The notes beneath the pieces are model-generated. The model ran no database searches. It was given only the letters and a program-made list of their open reading frames with translations, and was not told the origin of the DNA. The translations under genes were made by a program, and so were the position numbers. Positions 26,701 through 39,510 of a stretch of 64,000 nt of DNA are shown piece after piece (position 1 is the stretch's first letter; each line of letters starts with the position of its first letter). This DNA comes from Euprymna scolopes (taxonomy: Eukaryota), in NCBI GenBank assembly GCA_053919585.1, contig CM132814.1, one strand, 5' to 3'.

Positions 26701-26930
26701 NNNNNNNNNNNNNNNNNNNNNNNNNNNNNNNNNNNNNNNNNNNNNNNNNNNNNNNNNNNNNNNNNNNNNNNNNNNNNNNNNNNNNNNNNNNNNNNNNNNN
26801 NNNNNNNNNNNNNNNNNNNNNNNNNNNNNNNNNNNNNNNNNNNNNNNNNNNNNNNNNNNNNNNNNNNNNNNNNNNNNNNNNNNNNNNNNNNNNNNNNNNN
26901 NNNNNNNNNNNNNNNNNNNNNNNNNNNNNN
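26701..26930. other. Assembly gap (N-run)
   Basis: Run of N. Confidence 1.
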
Positions 26931-28553
26931 CTTATGAAAGATATTTACAAATTGTGAAACATAATTTTCCAAATTATGAAAGATATATAAAAAGGGGTTA
27001 AAAGTTTACAACTTACTTATGATTTAGAATATTTGCGATATGCAACCAAGGCATAACAAATAAGGATGTTGTTTCCTTATTTAGTTGAGTTTCAAGAATT
27101 TATCTTTTTTCTAAGGAGGAGATCAGTGAAATATATAAACTCTATTGACTAGCTTTATTTTCCTGATTGGCACAAACATTTAAAACGACAAAGTTAGAAA
27201 GAAAGAAAGTTTCAAAAGACGAAATTTATATACATGCAAAAAATATTAAAATTGATATGCATGTATAAAGATCTAACTAATTCTAATCAGTGCAATTGAT
27301 CGTAACTTAGTAAAATTCGTAAATCTATCCGTATGTAAGAATATTCAGATCGTTTATATTTGTAGTTTTAGGAAGAATTAACTTGAAATTTCAGCTTGAA
27401 ACCCATTGCAGTTTGGATAATATAGTTTACAGGTTAATTTTTGGGAGGCCTGAGTAGATTTTGAGATGTAAACAGCAAGGTGTTGGCGTTAATGTTTTGA
27501 TGCAAATGGTTTCACCCAACATTTCGTCTATGAGAAAAATCAGAATAACATGAAATGCGTAGATGATTGTGTATGAGGGGCAATTGCATGAAGTTTAATG
27601 GAAAAGTTGTATAAGAAAACAAAAATAAAAAAGATAAAATAGAATACATGTATGTATAAGATAAAATAAACACAAAATAAAACAATCAAAAATAAAGAAT
27701 TGAAAGACATAAAAGTAAATAAAAGAGTTTATCATAAATGAAAAATATGATTTCTGTGCTAAAAGGGAGATAAAGCATCGATGATGTCGATTTTCAAGGA
27801 GTGATGTAAACTTCGCATGTTAACTAAAATTAGGATAAGTATGAATAAACACGCTGAAATCCATATGCTTATATATGCACATATAAATACAGAAACTTGC
27901 ATGCATATTCGTATACACAGGAGCATAGATATTATAAGGCTTGGATTTTAAATATGGATGATTTAAGGTTATATTTACAACTATCTTAAGAAATAGACTT
28001 AGAGCAGTTAATATTTTAAATTTTAAATTTAAGTTTTTTTTTAAGCAATTCAACGGAATAATGCAAATTGTGTAAATATATTACAATTATATGGCCACTG
28101 AAAGCTTAATATAATTTGAATGCTATTTCAAGATCAATTCTGAATCAAATAAAGTGGTTTCTGCAATGTTAGGTACAATTAGCAGTTTAGGATATATGTT
28201 CATTCAGAGTAAGACGAGAGAGAAGATTTTGTTAATCAGTGTGCAAATTTATATATTTTTGAGAAATTATGTCCTCGGTAAAGATAGACCAGATAGAAGT
28301 AAATGTATTAGGAATATGTCAGTTTGTTTTAAAAAAAAGCATAGAGATCTCAAAACGTCCATATTTATTATAACTGCTCAGAACTGATGCCATGCATGGT
28401 GCGCGTGTTTTTCCATTATGTCTGATGTACCTACTTTCGGCTGTTTACATTTGAAAAGTGCTACACGGGTTTGTATATATTTGAACTTTATTCAATGGCT
28501 TAGTATAAAACGGACAAACCGTATTTAATCATCTAACATATATATATATATAT

Positions 28554-28827
28554 ATTTGTGGTTGCAAGGTTGAACAATAATTAGTAAGGAAATACAATGA
28601 AGACGCAAACAACAAGATAACGCAATAATAAGTGTACTAAAGAAAAGGTATATTTACAATATGTACAAATGACGGTGTCGAGTCAGAGAGTCTTGGTGGG
28701 AGGACATGTACGCTCTTCGGCGTCACTTCCGGTGGCATTTGAGTAAGACACCCCAAGGCCAACCTAGGCTTGCCATTTATAGTGTTATGTTATTCGCATA
28801 TGCAAATAAGTGGTTGCCACCACAACA
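28554..28827 (-). repeat. 3' LTR
   Basis: Direct repeat of 34016-34289 with about 7 internal substitutions counted by eye; the outermost 2 bp are replaced by TA-repeat sequence. Confidence 0.95.
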
Positions 28828-28837
28828 CCCCCCTCCC
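28828..28837 (-). promoter_or_regulatory. Polypurine tract (PPT)
   Basis: GGGAGGGGGG on the minus strand, abutting TGTTGTGG of the 3' LTR. Confidence 0.9.
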
Positions 28838-28859
28838 AAGATTTGAAGTCACACAGATT

Positions 28860-31800
28860 TCAATATCTTTTTCTTTTTGGGTTTACCATTAATGGTTCAT
28901 TCACTTTTCTTTTCCTACCTGATCTTCGGGGTTCAGGTGCATTTTGAGGCGGTTCCAAATTAAAAGATTCGTATATGATATCTATGGTGTCTTCCTCTTC
29001 GACTGTTGTCGTATCATCATCATCTTGGATATGACGTTTTTTTTATCTGATTTAGGTGCCTTTTATGTATATTCTGTTGACCTTTAATCATGTATGTACA
29101 ATCACCAATGCGTTTATCAACTACTCCACATTCCCAGTAAGATGTGTTATTTCTGTAGCACTTAAAATATACTCGATCTCCCGAGTTATATTTCTTTCTT
29201 CTCGTGTGTGTAGTGTTTCGGATAATTGCCTGCCTTGGCAATAGTTTGTCAAACGCTGATTTTACCTTTCTGGCAAACATTAGATCAGCTGGTGATATGT
29301 TTGATGGTGTACTAGGATGTGGTGTAATCCTATATACTTGCAAGAATTGTTGCAAAGCTTTTTCTGTTGGTGTTCCAATGGATTTCTTTAACGCTCGTTT
29401 TAGCGTGCTCACGAACCTTTCCGCGAGGCCGTTCGACCTTGGATGATATGGCGGAGTCGTGATGTGCTTCACTCAGAACGTGTCGCAAAATTCCTTAAAC
29501 TCTGCGGATGTGAACTGCGTTCCGTTGTCAGTGACCAGTGTGTCTGGTACACCGAATCTTGCAAACAACTCGTGTAGGAACCCTATTGAGTTGTTCGTTG
29601 TTGGATTCCTGCAACGCATTACCTCCGGCCATTTTGTGAAACTATCCACTACAATTAAATAATAGTCTTCACCTACTGGACCAGCGAAATCCATCTGGAT
29701 TCTCGACCATGGTTGGTCGGTTTTCGGCCAAGGTTTGTGTACTATAGGTGGAGATTTTGCCACTAACTGGCATCCTTTACATTTATCAATTGTTGTCGCT
29801 ATGTCAGTGTCCATGTTACGCCAGTACATGTAGCTTCTCATTAACGACTTCATTCGATTTATCCCCGGATGTCCTGTGTGGAAATCTCTTAACATCCTAT
29901 TCTGCAATGTTTTGGGTATTACCACTCTCTCGCTGTACAGTAACACATCGTCACATATGGAGAAAACTTCCTGCACCTTTGTGTCCGTTATAATTTTCTC
30001 TTTTATGTCCTTTATATATTCGTCTTTCTCGGCTTCCCTTTTAATGTCCGACAAAGTTACGGGTAGTTCCTTAATGATGTTTGCTACCATATTTTTTACT
30101 TCAACATTTGTCCGAATTGCTGCAATGACTGATTCTTCCAGATTGTGTTTCTGTGGTATCAGTCTTGACAATCCATCCGCATGGCAAATCTTTTTTTATG
30201 CTAGATGCTGTAGCTGGAAATTGTAATTAAGTATTATTGTACCCCAGCGCAGCAATCTATTTGCGGTGTATACCGGCAATCCTTTTTTTGATCCATAGAT
30301 CGTGACTAACGGTTTATAGTCGGTTTCAAGTATGAATTGTCTACCATATAAATATCGGTGAAATTTAGTCACGGCAAAGATTATGCTCAACGCTTCTTTT
30401 TCGATTTGTGAATATGCCCTTTCGGCTGGTATCAGCGTTCTCGAAACGTGCGCTATTGGTTTTCTAGACCCATCCTGCATAATATGTTGAATGCATGCTC
30501 CTAAGCCGTAGGAGCTAGCGTCACTAGCGACGACTATTTTTAAGTTTGTGTCAAAGTGCGTTAAGAATAATTCGGATGTTAGTGCGCTTTTTATTTTGTC
30601 AAAAGCGGTTTGACATTCTTGCGTCCAGTTCCACGGTGTATCCTTTTTAAGCAGATTATTTAAGGGGGCTCGCAAGTTATGCATTCCTTCAATAAAAGAT
30701 TGGTAATAATTTGCGAGTCTTAAGAAACTCTGCAAGGTTGTTACATTATCGGGTGCTGGCATATTTTTTATTGCCGCAGATCTGTCCGGGTTTGGACGTC
30801 GTCCATGTTCGTTTATTATGTGTCCAAGATACTTAATCTTGCTCATACAAAAGTCACATTTACTTTCTTTTACTTTAAAGCCGAATTCTTGTATTCGAGT
30901 AAATACTTGTTTCAAATGTTCCTTATGTTCTTCTAGAGATTTGCTCCTGACAACAATGTCGTCCAGGTATGCACATGCGCACTCAATACCACTTAGCATG
31001 GTGTCCATCGCTTGCTGAAAGATGGCAGGCGCTACTTTGATGCCAAAAGGCAATCGGTTGTATTTGTATAATCCCTTATGCGTATTGATGCATAGTATTT
31101 TTGAGCAATTCTCCTCGACCGGTATTTGCAAATACGCGTCGCTCAAGTCTATCTTGGAGACGATATTACCCCCATTCAACTTCGTGAATATTTCCTCTGG
31201 GCTTGGTAGAGGGTAATGGTGATTTTTTAATAGGGAGTTGACCCCGGTCGAAAAGTCTGCGCACACTCTAACTTCGTCATTCTTTTTCTTTACGTATACG
31301 GTGGGGGCTGCCCACTCGCTGTGTTCTATTTTTGATAGAATTCCCGTCTGTTCCAATCTATTTAATTCTTTATCAATCTTTTCCAACCCAGCGAACGGAA
31401 CATTTCGCTTTTTTCTAAAAATTGGGCTGGCGTTTTCTTTAAGTTCAAACGAGGCCTTGAATTTATTGCAGCGACCTAAGTTAGTCGTGAATGCCTCAGG
31501 AAATAATTCTTTTAAATCGTCTTTTATATTTACTGTTGTTGGAGAAGAACATTCTATTTTTTTACAGAATGTATTGATTGGCTTATCCCATAGTCCGAAT
31601 TTCTCAATTAAATCTATTCCAAACAGATTTTCACTATTTTTTAGTACGAATATTTTTAATTTCCTCGAAATCCCTTTCAATTTTATCGGGAGGACAACTT
31701 CTCCTTCAAATTTTATACCACCACCAGTTACCGTACGGGCTGCTTTACTAGTTTTCATCATGGCCGGTTTTCCCAACTTTTTCCACGTATTCAGGTTTAT

Positions 31801-32160
31801 TATAGAAACATCGGATCCGGAGTCGAGTTGTAACTTTATTGATGTTTTAAATATTTCCACTTTTACGTATTTTCGCCGATCTTTGTCTAATTTTGTATTT
31901 GATTTTGTTTGCTGTACTCTCTTTCTGGTGTAATCTTTATATCTGCAGCAATCGCTTTTGTGTCCCACCTTCTTACAAATGTAGCATTTTTTCTTCTTAT
32001 AAGGACAATCTGATTCCCAATGCTTTTCTGCACATCCCTTACAGTTATATCTAGGAAGAGGCTTGTTATATTCTGTACTATATTTATGGTTATTATCTTT
32101 GGAATATCCCGTTCCATTGCTTTTCTTTGTAAAGATCTTGGTTGGTGCGTAAGGGTTTTC
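28860..32160 (-). pseudogene. pol: Gypsy NC-protease-RT-RNaseH-integrase (pol), interrupted
   Basis: Zinc knuckles CKGCAEKHWESDC and CYICKKVGHKSDC; protease LDSGS; RT YLDD; RNase H DAS..EALS; integrase HTGHPG..CKGC, DFAGP, TDNGTQF, SNGLAERF. Frameshifts at homopolymer runs near 30190 and 29045, an in-frame TGA at 29473-29475, and the natural stop at 28860-28862. Confidence 0.93.
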
Positions 32161-32193
32161 TAACTTTTCTTACATATGCCACTCCGGATTCTT

Positions 32194-33087
32194 CTATATA
32201 TTTTTAATCCCATTTAGTGTAATGACCCTTTCACAGTCCTCTGCTAGTTTCTGGAGGGTTAAATCTTGCTCAGATTCCAGCTTAGACAACACTCGTCTGC
32301 GTATTTCTGCATTTTTCGTGGAAACTAACCCTTGAGCGAAGATTAGACATTTAAAATCTTCTACCGTTAGTTCTGCAAGCTTAAAATTATCGCAGTTTTT
32401 ATTGACAACTGATGCGTATGTCAAATAATCTTGGTTGTCCATCTTTCTTTGATTCATGCACAGCCATCTTTTATGAAAAAGAGATATATTTGGATTAAAT
32501 AATTCTTTTAGTAATTTTACAGCTTCCATGAACTCTAATTCCGCAGTTTTTTTAGGTAATATGTAATCTACGAATTTGCTGTGTTCTGATGTACCCAATT
32601 TCCTGAGTAAGAGGCTCACTTTCTGACTATTAGGCCAATTTTTACAGTCCAGTTGAAAAACATCCTTGTATCTTGTGTAGTATGCTTCAAAATTCTTCTC
32701 TTCCTCAGGCATATAATGAAATGTGTCCATGCTATTAAAAATAGTTGTATGGGAGAAATTAACACTGTCGACATTTTCTCGATTACTCTTTAGTAGTTCC
32801 AGTGTTTTAACAAAACGTTCCTCTTGTCTTTCTTCATATTCCAATTGTAGTTTCTTATGCCTTTCTTCCTGTTCCAATTGCAGTTTTTTCTGCTTTAATT
32901 GTGCCATTTTCTGCTTTTCTTCTTGTTCCTGCTGCCATTGCAATAATCTGTCCTCTCTCTTTTCCTCGCGGTCAGCCTGTGTCTGTATTTGTGTTTGCAA
33001 AAGCTCGTTTTGTGTAGCTTGTCTGCGTTCATCTCGCTCAGCCTGTGTTTGTAAAAATTGCATGAACATTTTTGATAAGTCTTCCAT
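32194..33087 (-). CDS. gag: Gypsy gag (coiled-coil N-terminus plus capsid-like region); likely start MEDLSKMF at 33087
   Basis: ORF 32194-33336, with a Q/E-rich coil then FEAYYTRY..LLLRKLG..SLFHKRW..FKCLIFAQGL. Same reading frame as pol; separated from it by a local double frameshift at ~32160-32215. Confidence 0.88.
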   Translation of the reverse strand: MEDLSKMFMQFLQTQAERDERRQATQNELLQTQIQTQADREEKREDRLLQWQQEQEEKQKMAQLKQKKLQLEQEERHKKLQLEYEERQEERFVKTLELLKSNRENVDSVNFSHTTIFNSMDTFHYMPEEEKNFEAYYTRYKDVFQLDCKNWPNSQKVSLLLRKLGTSEHSKFVDYILPKKTAELEFMEAVKLLKELFNPNISLFHKRWLCMNQRKMDNQDYLTYASVVNKNCDNFKLAELTVEDFKCLIFAQGLVSTKNAEIRRRVLSKLESEQDLTLQKLAEDCERVITLNGIKNI

Positions 33088-34003
33088 GTTTTTTTTTTTT
33101 TTTAGTGTGTAGTTAAAAAAATATTGTACCATGTACCATATACACCGGTTTGGGTTACAACAAAAAAGCAAATTGCTGTAAGCTCCTGTTTTCAATAATA
33201 CTATCGCTGCTTGCAATAATATATTCTTTTTGCGAGTCACGCTGCAAAAAAAAAATAAAACAGGTTTATCTGGAATCACGAAATGGAATTGACTTTCCGT
33301 TTTTAGGCACTTACTAATACGTAACTCTTTCCACAAAATAAAAGTTTTTTTTTATCGAGTCACAATTGAATAAATGTATGCAGTACATTTAGTTCTTTGA
33401 GGTTTTTTCTCTAGTATTTTAGTAATTAAAATACCTCTTAAATTGAGATTACCTTTTTTTCCGTGACGTTTTACTGTATTATCCGTTATTCAGTGACAAC
33501 TTCAAGTAAAAAATCCTTTCCTTGAATTTTAGTTTTAGCTGTGGTATTTCCTTTTAGTACCGACGTCAACCAAAACATTAATTAAAAAGTCCTTTAGTTG
33601 TTGTTTTGTTTACAGAGAACAGTAATTAGAATCCACTGGTGAACTTTTTTCGTAGGTTACTTCCTTGCTTTTCGTAATACGGGTCTGACCTGTCGTTTTT
33701 GCGACAGAACAACGTTCGCTTTTCGTTTGCAAGTTGGTCCTTTAGTAAGATTTGTCGTGTAGCGACAAAACAAAAATTCACTTTTACATTCGTTTGCAAG
33801 TCGGATTCCCAGAAAACGGCGTAAATTGTCGCTTTTGCCACGTTAGAGTTTTTTTGTCACTTGAGTTGAAACCTCCTTTTAGCGTAAAATCCGTTTGCTC
33901 GTCAACACTTTGCATTCCTTAAAAAAAATGGTCAACCTTTGCGTTGTATTTTTTTTTTTTTTAAATAGTTCTTCGTCAAACTGTTATATTTGACGCTTCA
34001 TAT

Positions 34004-34013
34004 CTCGTCGCCA
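34004..34013 (-). promoter_or_regulatory. Primer-binding site TGGCGACGAG
   Basis: Lies 2 nt inside the 5' LTR boundary; complementary to the ..CUCGUCGCCA 3' end typical of animal tRNA-Ser(GCU). Confidence 0.85.
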
Positions 34014-34015
34014 AC

Positions 34016-34287
34016 TGTTGTGGTTGCAAGGTTGAACAATAATTAGTAAGGAAATACAATGAAGACTCAAACCACAAGATAACGCAATAAAAAGTGTATT
34101 AAAGAAAAGATATATTTACAATATGTACAAATGACGGTGTCGAGTCAGAGAGTCTTGGTGGGAGGACATGTACGCTCTTCGGCGTCACTTCCGGTGGCAT
34201 TTGAGTAAGACACCCCAAGGCCAACCTAGGCTTACCATTTATAGTGTTATGTTATTCGCATATGCAAATAAGTGGTTGCCACCACAG

Positions 34288-34289
<2 letters not shown>
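34016..34289 (-). repeat. 5' LTR
   Basis: TG...CA termini with extended imperfect inverted ends (TGTTGTGGTTGCAA / TTGCCACCACAGCA). Confidence 0.95.

Positions 34290-34349
<60 letters not shown>
34290..34349. repeat. (AT)n microsatellite flanking the LTR
   Basis: Directly visible in the sequence. Confidence 0.95.
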
Positions 34350-34352
<3 letters not shown>

Positions 34353-35813
34353 CGTGTCACCAGAATATTGGTTTATTCACAGAAAGTGGGGAAATTTATG
34401 AAGGGTTGTTGTCGCTAGATTAGTATTTGTTGATAACGTTGCACAGAGACAGACCATAAATAAATCTCAGTCAAGCACCTACCATAAAAGCAACGATATA
34501 GCAAAGGCAAAATCACAACGTCTCTTTTGTGAGAAAGAGTAGGAAGAAAGGCGAATTTATCCTCACTAACTAAATTTTGAAGACAGTTCTATACCTTATC
34601 AAAGTAGAAAAAATATACTCCTAGGGTTTCCTCAATAGATGTAGCAAGATTACTCAATCTTAGAAAGGATTTGACCCTTCTACAAATCGATGATTACGTC
34701 GGAAGAGAGATAATCTCATGAGCAGTTGAATTATCCCATTATTTTCCAGGGATTTAACAATATTGGGTTAAGGGGGAAAGTCTGTCCCATAAATCTGTCA
34801 AAGAAGGGTGCTCCATAAACACCTAGGCGTTTATTTTAACTTGGGTTAATTGAGCATAAAATAGCTAACGGTGAAGTGTCATAAATCTGGTTTTTGGTTC
34901 ATAAAATATAACAAGGTAGTTTTTATCCCATTTTACCACACGCACTAGGCGGAGGAGAGTGATTTAGTAAAACTCCTAGTCTTTGTAAGTTTTAGAATAT
35001 GTGTAGTATTTTCTGCATCGATATCCACGAACGATCGTATAATATTGTTTTGAAGATCATTGACGCCAGTTCTCGACAGAGTATAATAAATCTTTCGAAC
35101 AACTGAGTATCGTTTCTAAAACTGAATACTAACATCAAAATTTTATTAAAAAAAAAAAAACTTTAAAAAAATTAATATTTGAATTTTGCCCAAAAATGCA
35201 AAAACGAATTTTTTGTTTACGTATGGTTAAGAAATGATTAGAATTCAAGAAAACATGCTCAATGCACAAGGACAGAGAAAGAACCATACTTTTACGTTGT
35301 GATAAAAATGAGTCCGTATTGTGAATGGCTGACAAGTTGGATACAAAGATCTGAGATTAGCCTATCCGTTCTATTTCAATAATACAGTCGTGATAAGGAA
35401 ATTCTCTGCAAAACAAGCTTGAAGAGAAGACAAATAAATGAACCCCACTCGTAAGATTAGGAAAAATATATAAAGTAAACGTTTTAACAGCTACTAGGTA
35501 TAAAAGTGTTATGGGTTAAGAGCGAAGATTGTTTTTTTTTCTGTATTTTATGGTATTGCAATACCTCAGAGGGCAATTAAATTTACACCGGATATAAAAG
35601 GGAAATAATCATGCTTGCTTGTAGAATTGAAATATTCTTCCACGACATCAGCGATATCAGCATTTTATTTATGTAACAGAAATGAATAGCAAAATGAGAT
35701 AAATAAACAACATTTATGCATATGCCATCATATTTCACGCGTCTTTAGATCACATATGTTAGTGTAATTCTGATTTACATATATAGCAGTTAGGTATAAT
35801 TTTTCTATATATA

Positions 35814-36351
35814 GAGGCTGTCTCAATAAAATGTTTACAATCTTTAAATGACCATAAAACCAACATCTAATATAAGAAAATGTTTCATACATAAAAATGA
35901 TGTGAACAAATATAGAAAACAGCTATTTATCCAATGTGTTTAAATGATTGTAGTCCAGGAACAGCTGACAACGATAACATATTGGTTCGAAAACGTTTCT
36001 ATAATACGTTCAATTGGTATATTGACACATCTTCTTTCAATTGTTGCTTTCAACTTATTCATTGTAGCTCGTTTTGTGGTGTGAACAATGTGTTTAACAT
36101 GCCCACCACATCACCCGCAAAAAGAGAAAAACCCCAGGGGGGGTAAAATTCGGTGATATTTCCTCGTCGTATCTGTTTCGCAGGTGACTATCAAGATATG
36201 CTCTTACGTCATGATGATAGTGGAGAGCTGCTCTATCCTGCTGGATGTGCCATTATTTATTCATAAACATCTTTTGGAAACGTGGCATAGCATATTCATG
36301 TAGCATGTTGAGAAAATTTTAAAAGTGTATACATTTAATTGGGACACCCTG
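35814..36351 (-). mobile_element. Short deleted Tc1/mariner derivative
   Basis: 26-bp imperfect TIRs (GAGGCTGTCTCAATAAAATGTTTACA vs rc CAGGGTGTCCCAATTAAATGTATACA, 21/26) in TA-rich flanks; minus-strand remnants IQQDR and SPNFTPL resemble FQQDGA and SPDLTPLD. Confidence 0.7.
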
Positions 36352-36590
36352 TCTATATATATGTATGCATGTCTTTTTTTTTACTTCCATATTATGCAAA
36401 ATATAACTTCAATGATTATTCCATTCAGAATTACGACTCAGAACTGTGTCTTGACCAAAATTGAGAATCGAAAAACAAAATTATTTATTTGTTCCGTGTT
36501 CCGGCCAAAATTGAGAATCGAAAAACGAAATTATTTTTTATTGCTTACAATTGATTGTTGTAGAATAACGACACTATCATGATGCACCAG

Positions 36591-36783
36591 AGCTCAGAGA
36601 AGCACTTAACGCACCATCCTCAGCTCATCTAGCTCAGAGAAGCACTTAACACACCATCCTCAGCTCATCTAGCTCAGAGAAGCACTTAACACACCATCCT
36701 CAGCTCATCTAGCTCAGAGAAACACTTAACACACCATCCTCAACTCATCTAGCTCAGAGAGGCACAACACACCATCCTCTGCT
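36591..36783. repeat. 40-bp minisatellite, about 4.8 copies
   Basis: AGCTCAGAGAAGCACTTAACACACCATCCTCAGCTCATCT starting at 36591, 36631, 36671, 36711 and (partial) 36751. Confidence 0.97.
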
Positions 36784-39025
36784 AAACGTGTCGAAACACG
36801 CAGGACTTCGGTAGAAAGTCTTGCTCTGTTATTGTATCGATCCTCTGTTCGTCGTTGACATAATTCTACATAATTCTACAATTGTTTTTAGCTGTTTAAT
36901 TTTTTAACTTTTAATTTCATCTCAATCTTTAATTATCAGACAGTCGATTACCAAACATAACGTTTACACACATTTCGTTACTAACTAGATGACATTTTTT
37001 TTTTACTGTCGTGCTTGTTCGATAACTCGGGGGGTAACCTTGTTTCACCGCGAATAATCTTAACTCGTATGATGCCAACAGCAAAAATTACTTTTTAAAA
37101 ATATTTGTTCACGTGAGACTTGCACTCATTAAAAACTACCGACAAACAGACACCATTTTGTTTTTATACACCGAAATGCTATTTTTTAAAGTAAAGTAAT
37201 TCATTTTTAAATCGTTGAAGAGCGCCAATAATATTGACGATAAATTTCCATTTTGTTTGCATCTTTTCTCTTTTTGTATGGCACATTCGCTTGTAATTAT
37301 GATTTTTCTTGAATTGAGGGGAAAGAACTTGTGAATATCGACTGGTCGATAAAAAAAAAATCAGCGTAACTTTGATTTGATTAGACATGTTATTGATTGA
37401 ATCGTGGAGAATGAAAATACAAACACAAGACGAATAACATTTCAAAGCATACGCACATCAACGTAATAATCAATAGCATACACATTTATCAACAAATCAT
37501 TAAATTATTAAGAATAAAATGTTTTAATAAAATATATAAATAAATCAGAAAAAATCAATCAGAAAAAAATGAATAAAACATGAACGAAATATATTTTCGG
37601 AAAATTAATAAAGAAATATGTAAGAAATGGGTAAACTTAAAGCCAATCATCGAAATAGCTAAAGTTTCGTCTGTTGTTATGTAACATAAAAGAAAACAAA
37701 TACTTTTTCAACTACAATTGCTTACATTAATACATTTTTTCTAATTTTCGTATATTTCCTTATATTTATATAGTTATAGATAACACATTGGAATAGACTC
37801 AGAGATTTAAACTAAAAAATTATTTTAATATTTTATGCAATTTTTTTGATCTTGCACTTAACGTACCGGGTATATTTTCCAGGTAGTTGTTGCAATTCCT
37901 TTTCATGAGTCCTATTGATACTTTTATTACTAGAATGGTTATAGCACGGGTTCTTCGTATATAACTGTGGGAATTACATAGTATCCGTGAATAGCGGATA
38001 ACTTTTTTTGAGTATTTATTTGGTAAATGTTCTTAAAACTTTATGCTACATTTGATATCAACCTTTTACAGATGGTCTAATAGACACATTTACATATTCC
38101 ATTGTATAGAAGAACCTTTCACCTTGATGCATGGTTGTTCACACTTTTTACTTCTGTTTTGCTATCATTGCTGAGACCAGTCCACTTATAAAAAGCAGCT
38201 ATCTCTATGATATTATTAGGTAGTCATTATAATCATCTCCTGATCAGAGTGGAGCGAATTAATAGAATCATTGTCATCTATATTTGTCTGTGTGAATTTG
38301 TCCAGAACATACTTGTCGCGAATATAGGCGCCTATTCGTGAATAGACACACACGCAGAGACGCGAACTTTAATTACACTGGTCAACAAAGATTTTGGTGT
38401 CTTGTGTTGATCAGTCAATTCTTATAGTTCATGATGGGCTGATTTCAAAAATAACATTTATTTTACCTGATTTGCTCTAGTTTTTCGATATATGATGTGC
38501 CTAAAAGATACAAAAGCATACTTCTCGCCTAGTTAAAGTGAACACATTTGGTGGTATATGTACTAACAACTTATTCAATACAGTTTACAAAAAGCAATGA
38601 TTTTCAAAATTCAAAATTACATCAAACTATTTTGTTCTGATAGAGGATTTCTTTATTTACACGGAAATATTTGTAGATTCAAAACTACAAAAACAAATAT
38701 TGAAGATATAAACAATAATCTTCTTAATTTTCCTTTTCTATTTCAGGAAGTCAGATTGAAAAATGTTATTTAAAGTTTCATATCTTGATTAAACCTGTCT
38801 GAGGTTCCATTTAACGATATTAATTTTTTCAAACTAAATACATTTTTGACTTTTGTAAACTGTTGATGATCATTTTATTTTTTTCCTAGCTCAAAACTTT
38901 TATGGAAATATCGTTGACTACTATTGGAAGGTTCACTTAAATACAACTGTATCTACTTACTTAGTGATAGTTTGAACTTTATTATTTTCTTATTTGAGAT
39001 ATAATAACTAAATAAATATACAAAA

Positions 39026-39510
39026 ATGTAATCATAGATTCGATCATGCAAGAACCACCCAGATTCATTTTGTTATATTTGTGTAGACTTTCGAGTAAAT
39101 GATAAAAAATAGTTTAACAGATTTTATCCGAAAAAAAACTTATTATGCTTATTTTGGTGTGAATACCGGTGATGAAGAATAATATTGGGCTCCACGTATA
39201 GTTTGCAAAAGACGTATTGAACATTTAGGCAATGGACTCAGTTTTCTCGAAAATCCGTAAGGTCTGGAGTACTAATGATTTCGAGAGAGTAAAAAAATTA
39301 CTTCAACGCCTGGTATTTTAGTTCATTAATTCGTTGTTTTTGTAATTAATATATTTTTTAATTTAACAAAAATTAATAATAAGAAGAGAAATACCTAGTT
39401 TAACCCAGCCTTCCCTTTACAATTCGATCAGAATTTTCTCTAAATCGATTTAGACAGATTTCCTGAAAATTTTGGCAATTTCAGTGAGGACCAAGTTGAA
39501 AGATTTACAC
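39026..39510 (+). pseudogene. Chapaev3-like transposase, N-terminal Zn region joined by deletion to the C-terminal motif
   Basis: SCKNHPDSFCYIC..TDFIRKKTYYAYFGV..WAPRIVCK..GVLMISRE..PSLPFTIR, then directly DLDRFPENFGNFSEDQVERF; stops and frameshifts. Confidence 0.8.

Larger units (their letters stand above)
28554..34289 (-). mobile_element. Near-full-length Ty3/Gypsy LTR retrotransposon, Mag-type (K02A2.6-like)
   Basis: Two 274-bp LTRs, PBS, PPT and gag-PR-RT-RNaseH-IN order with twin zinc knuckles; flanked by (TA)n on both sides. Confidence 0.97.

Noticed and set aside
29056-33112. Plus-strand ORFs such as 31238-31933 and 32723-33112
   Set aside because: Antisense shadows of gag/pol with no independent features.
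4412-34401. ORFs containing YIYIYI or poly-X runs
   Set aside because: Translations of (TA)n microsatellites or N gaps.
34355-34940. Solo LTR (TG...CA with a minus-strand AATAAA)
   Set aside because: No TSD and no second copy in the window.
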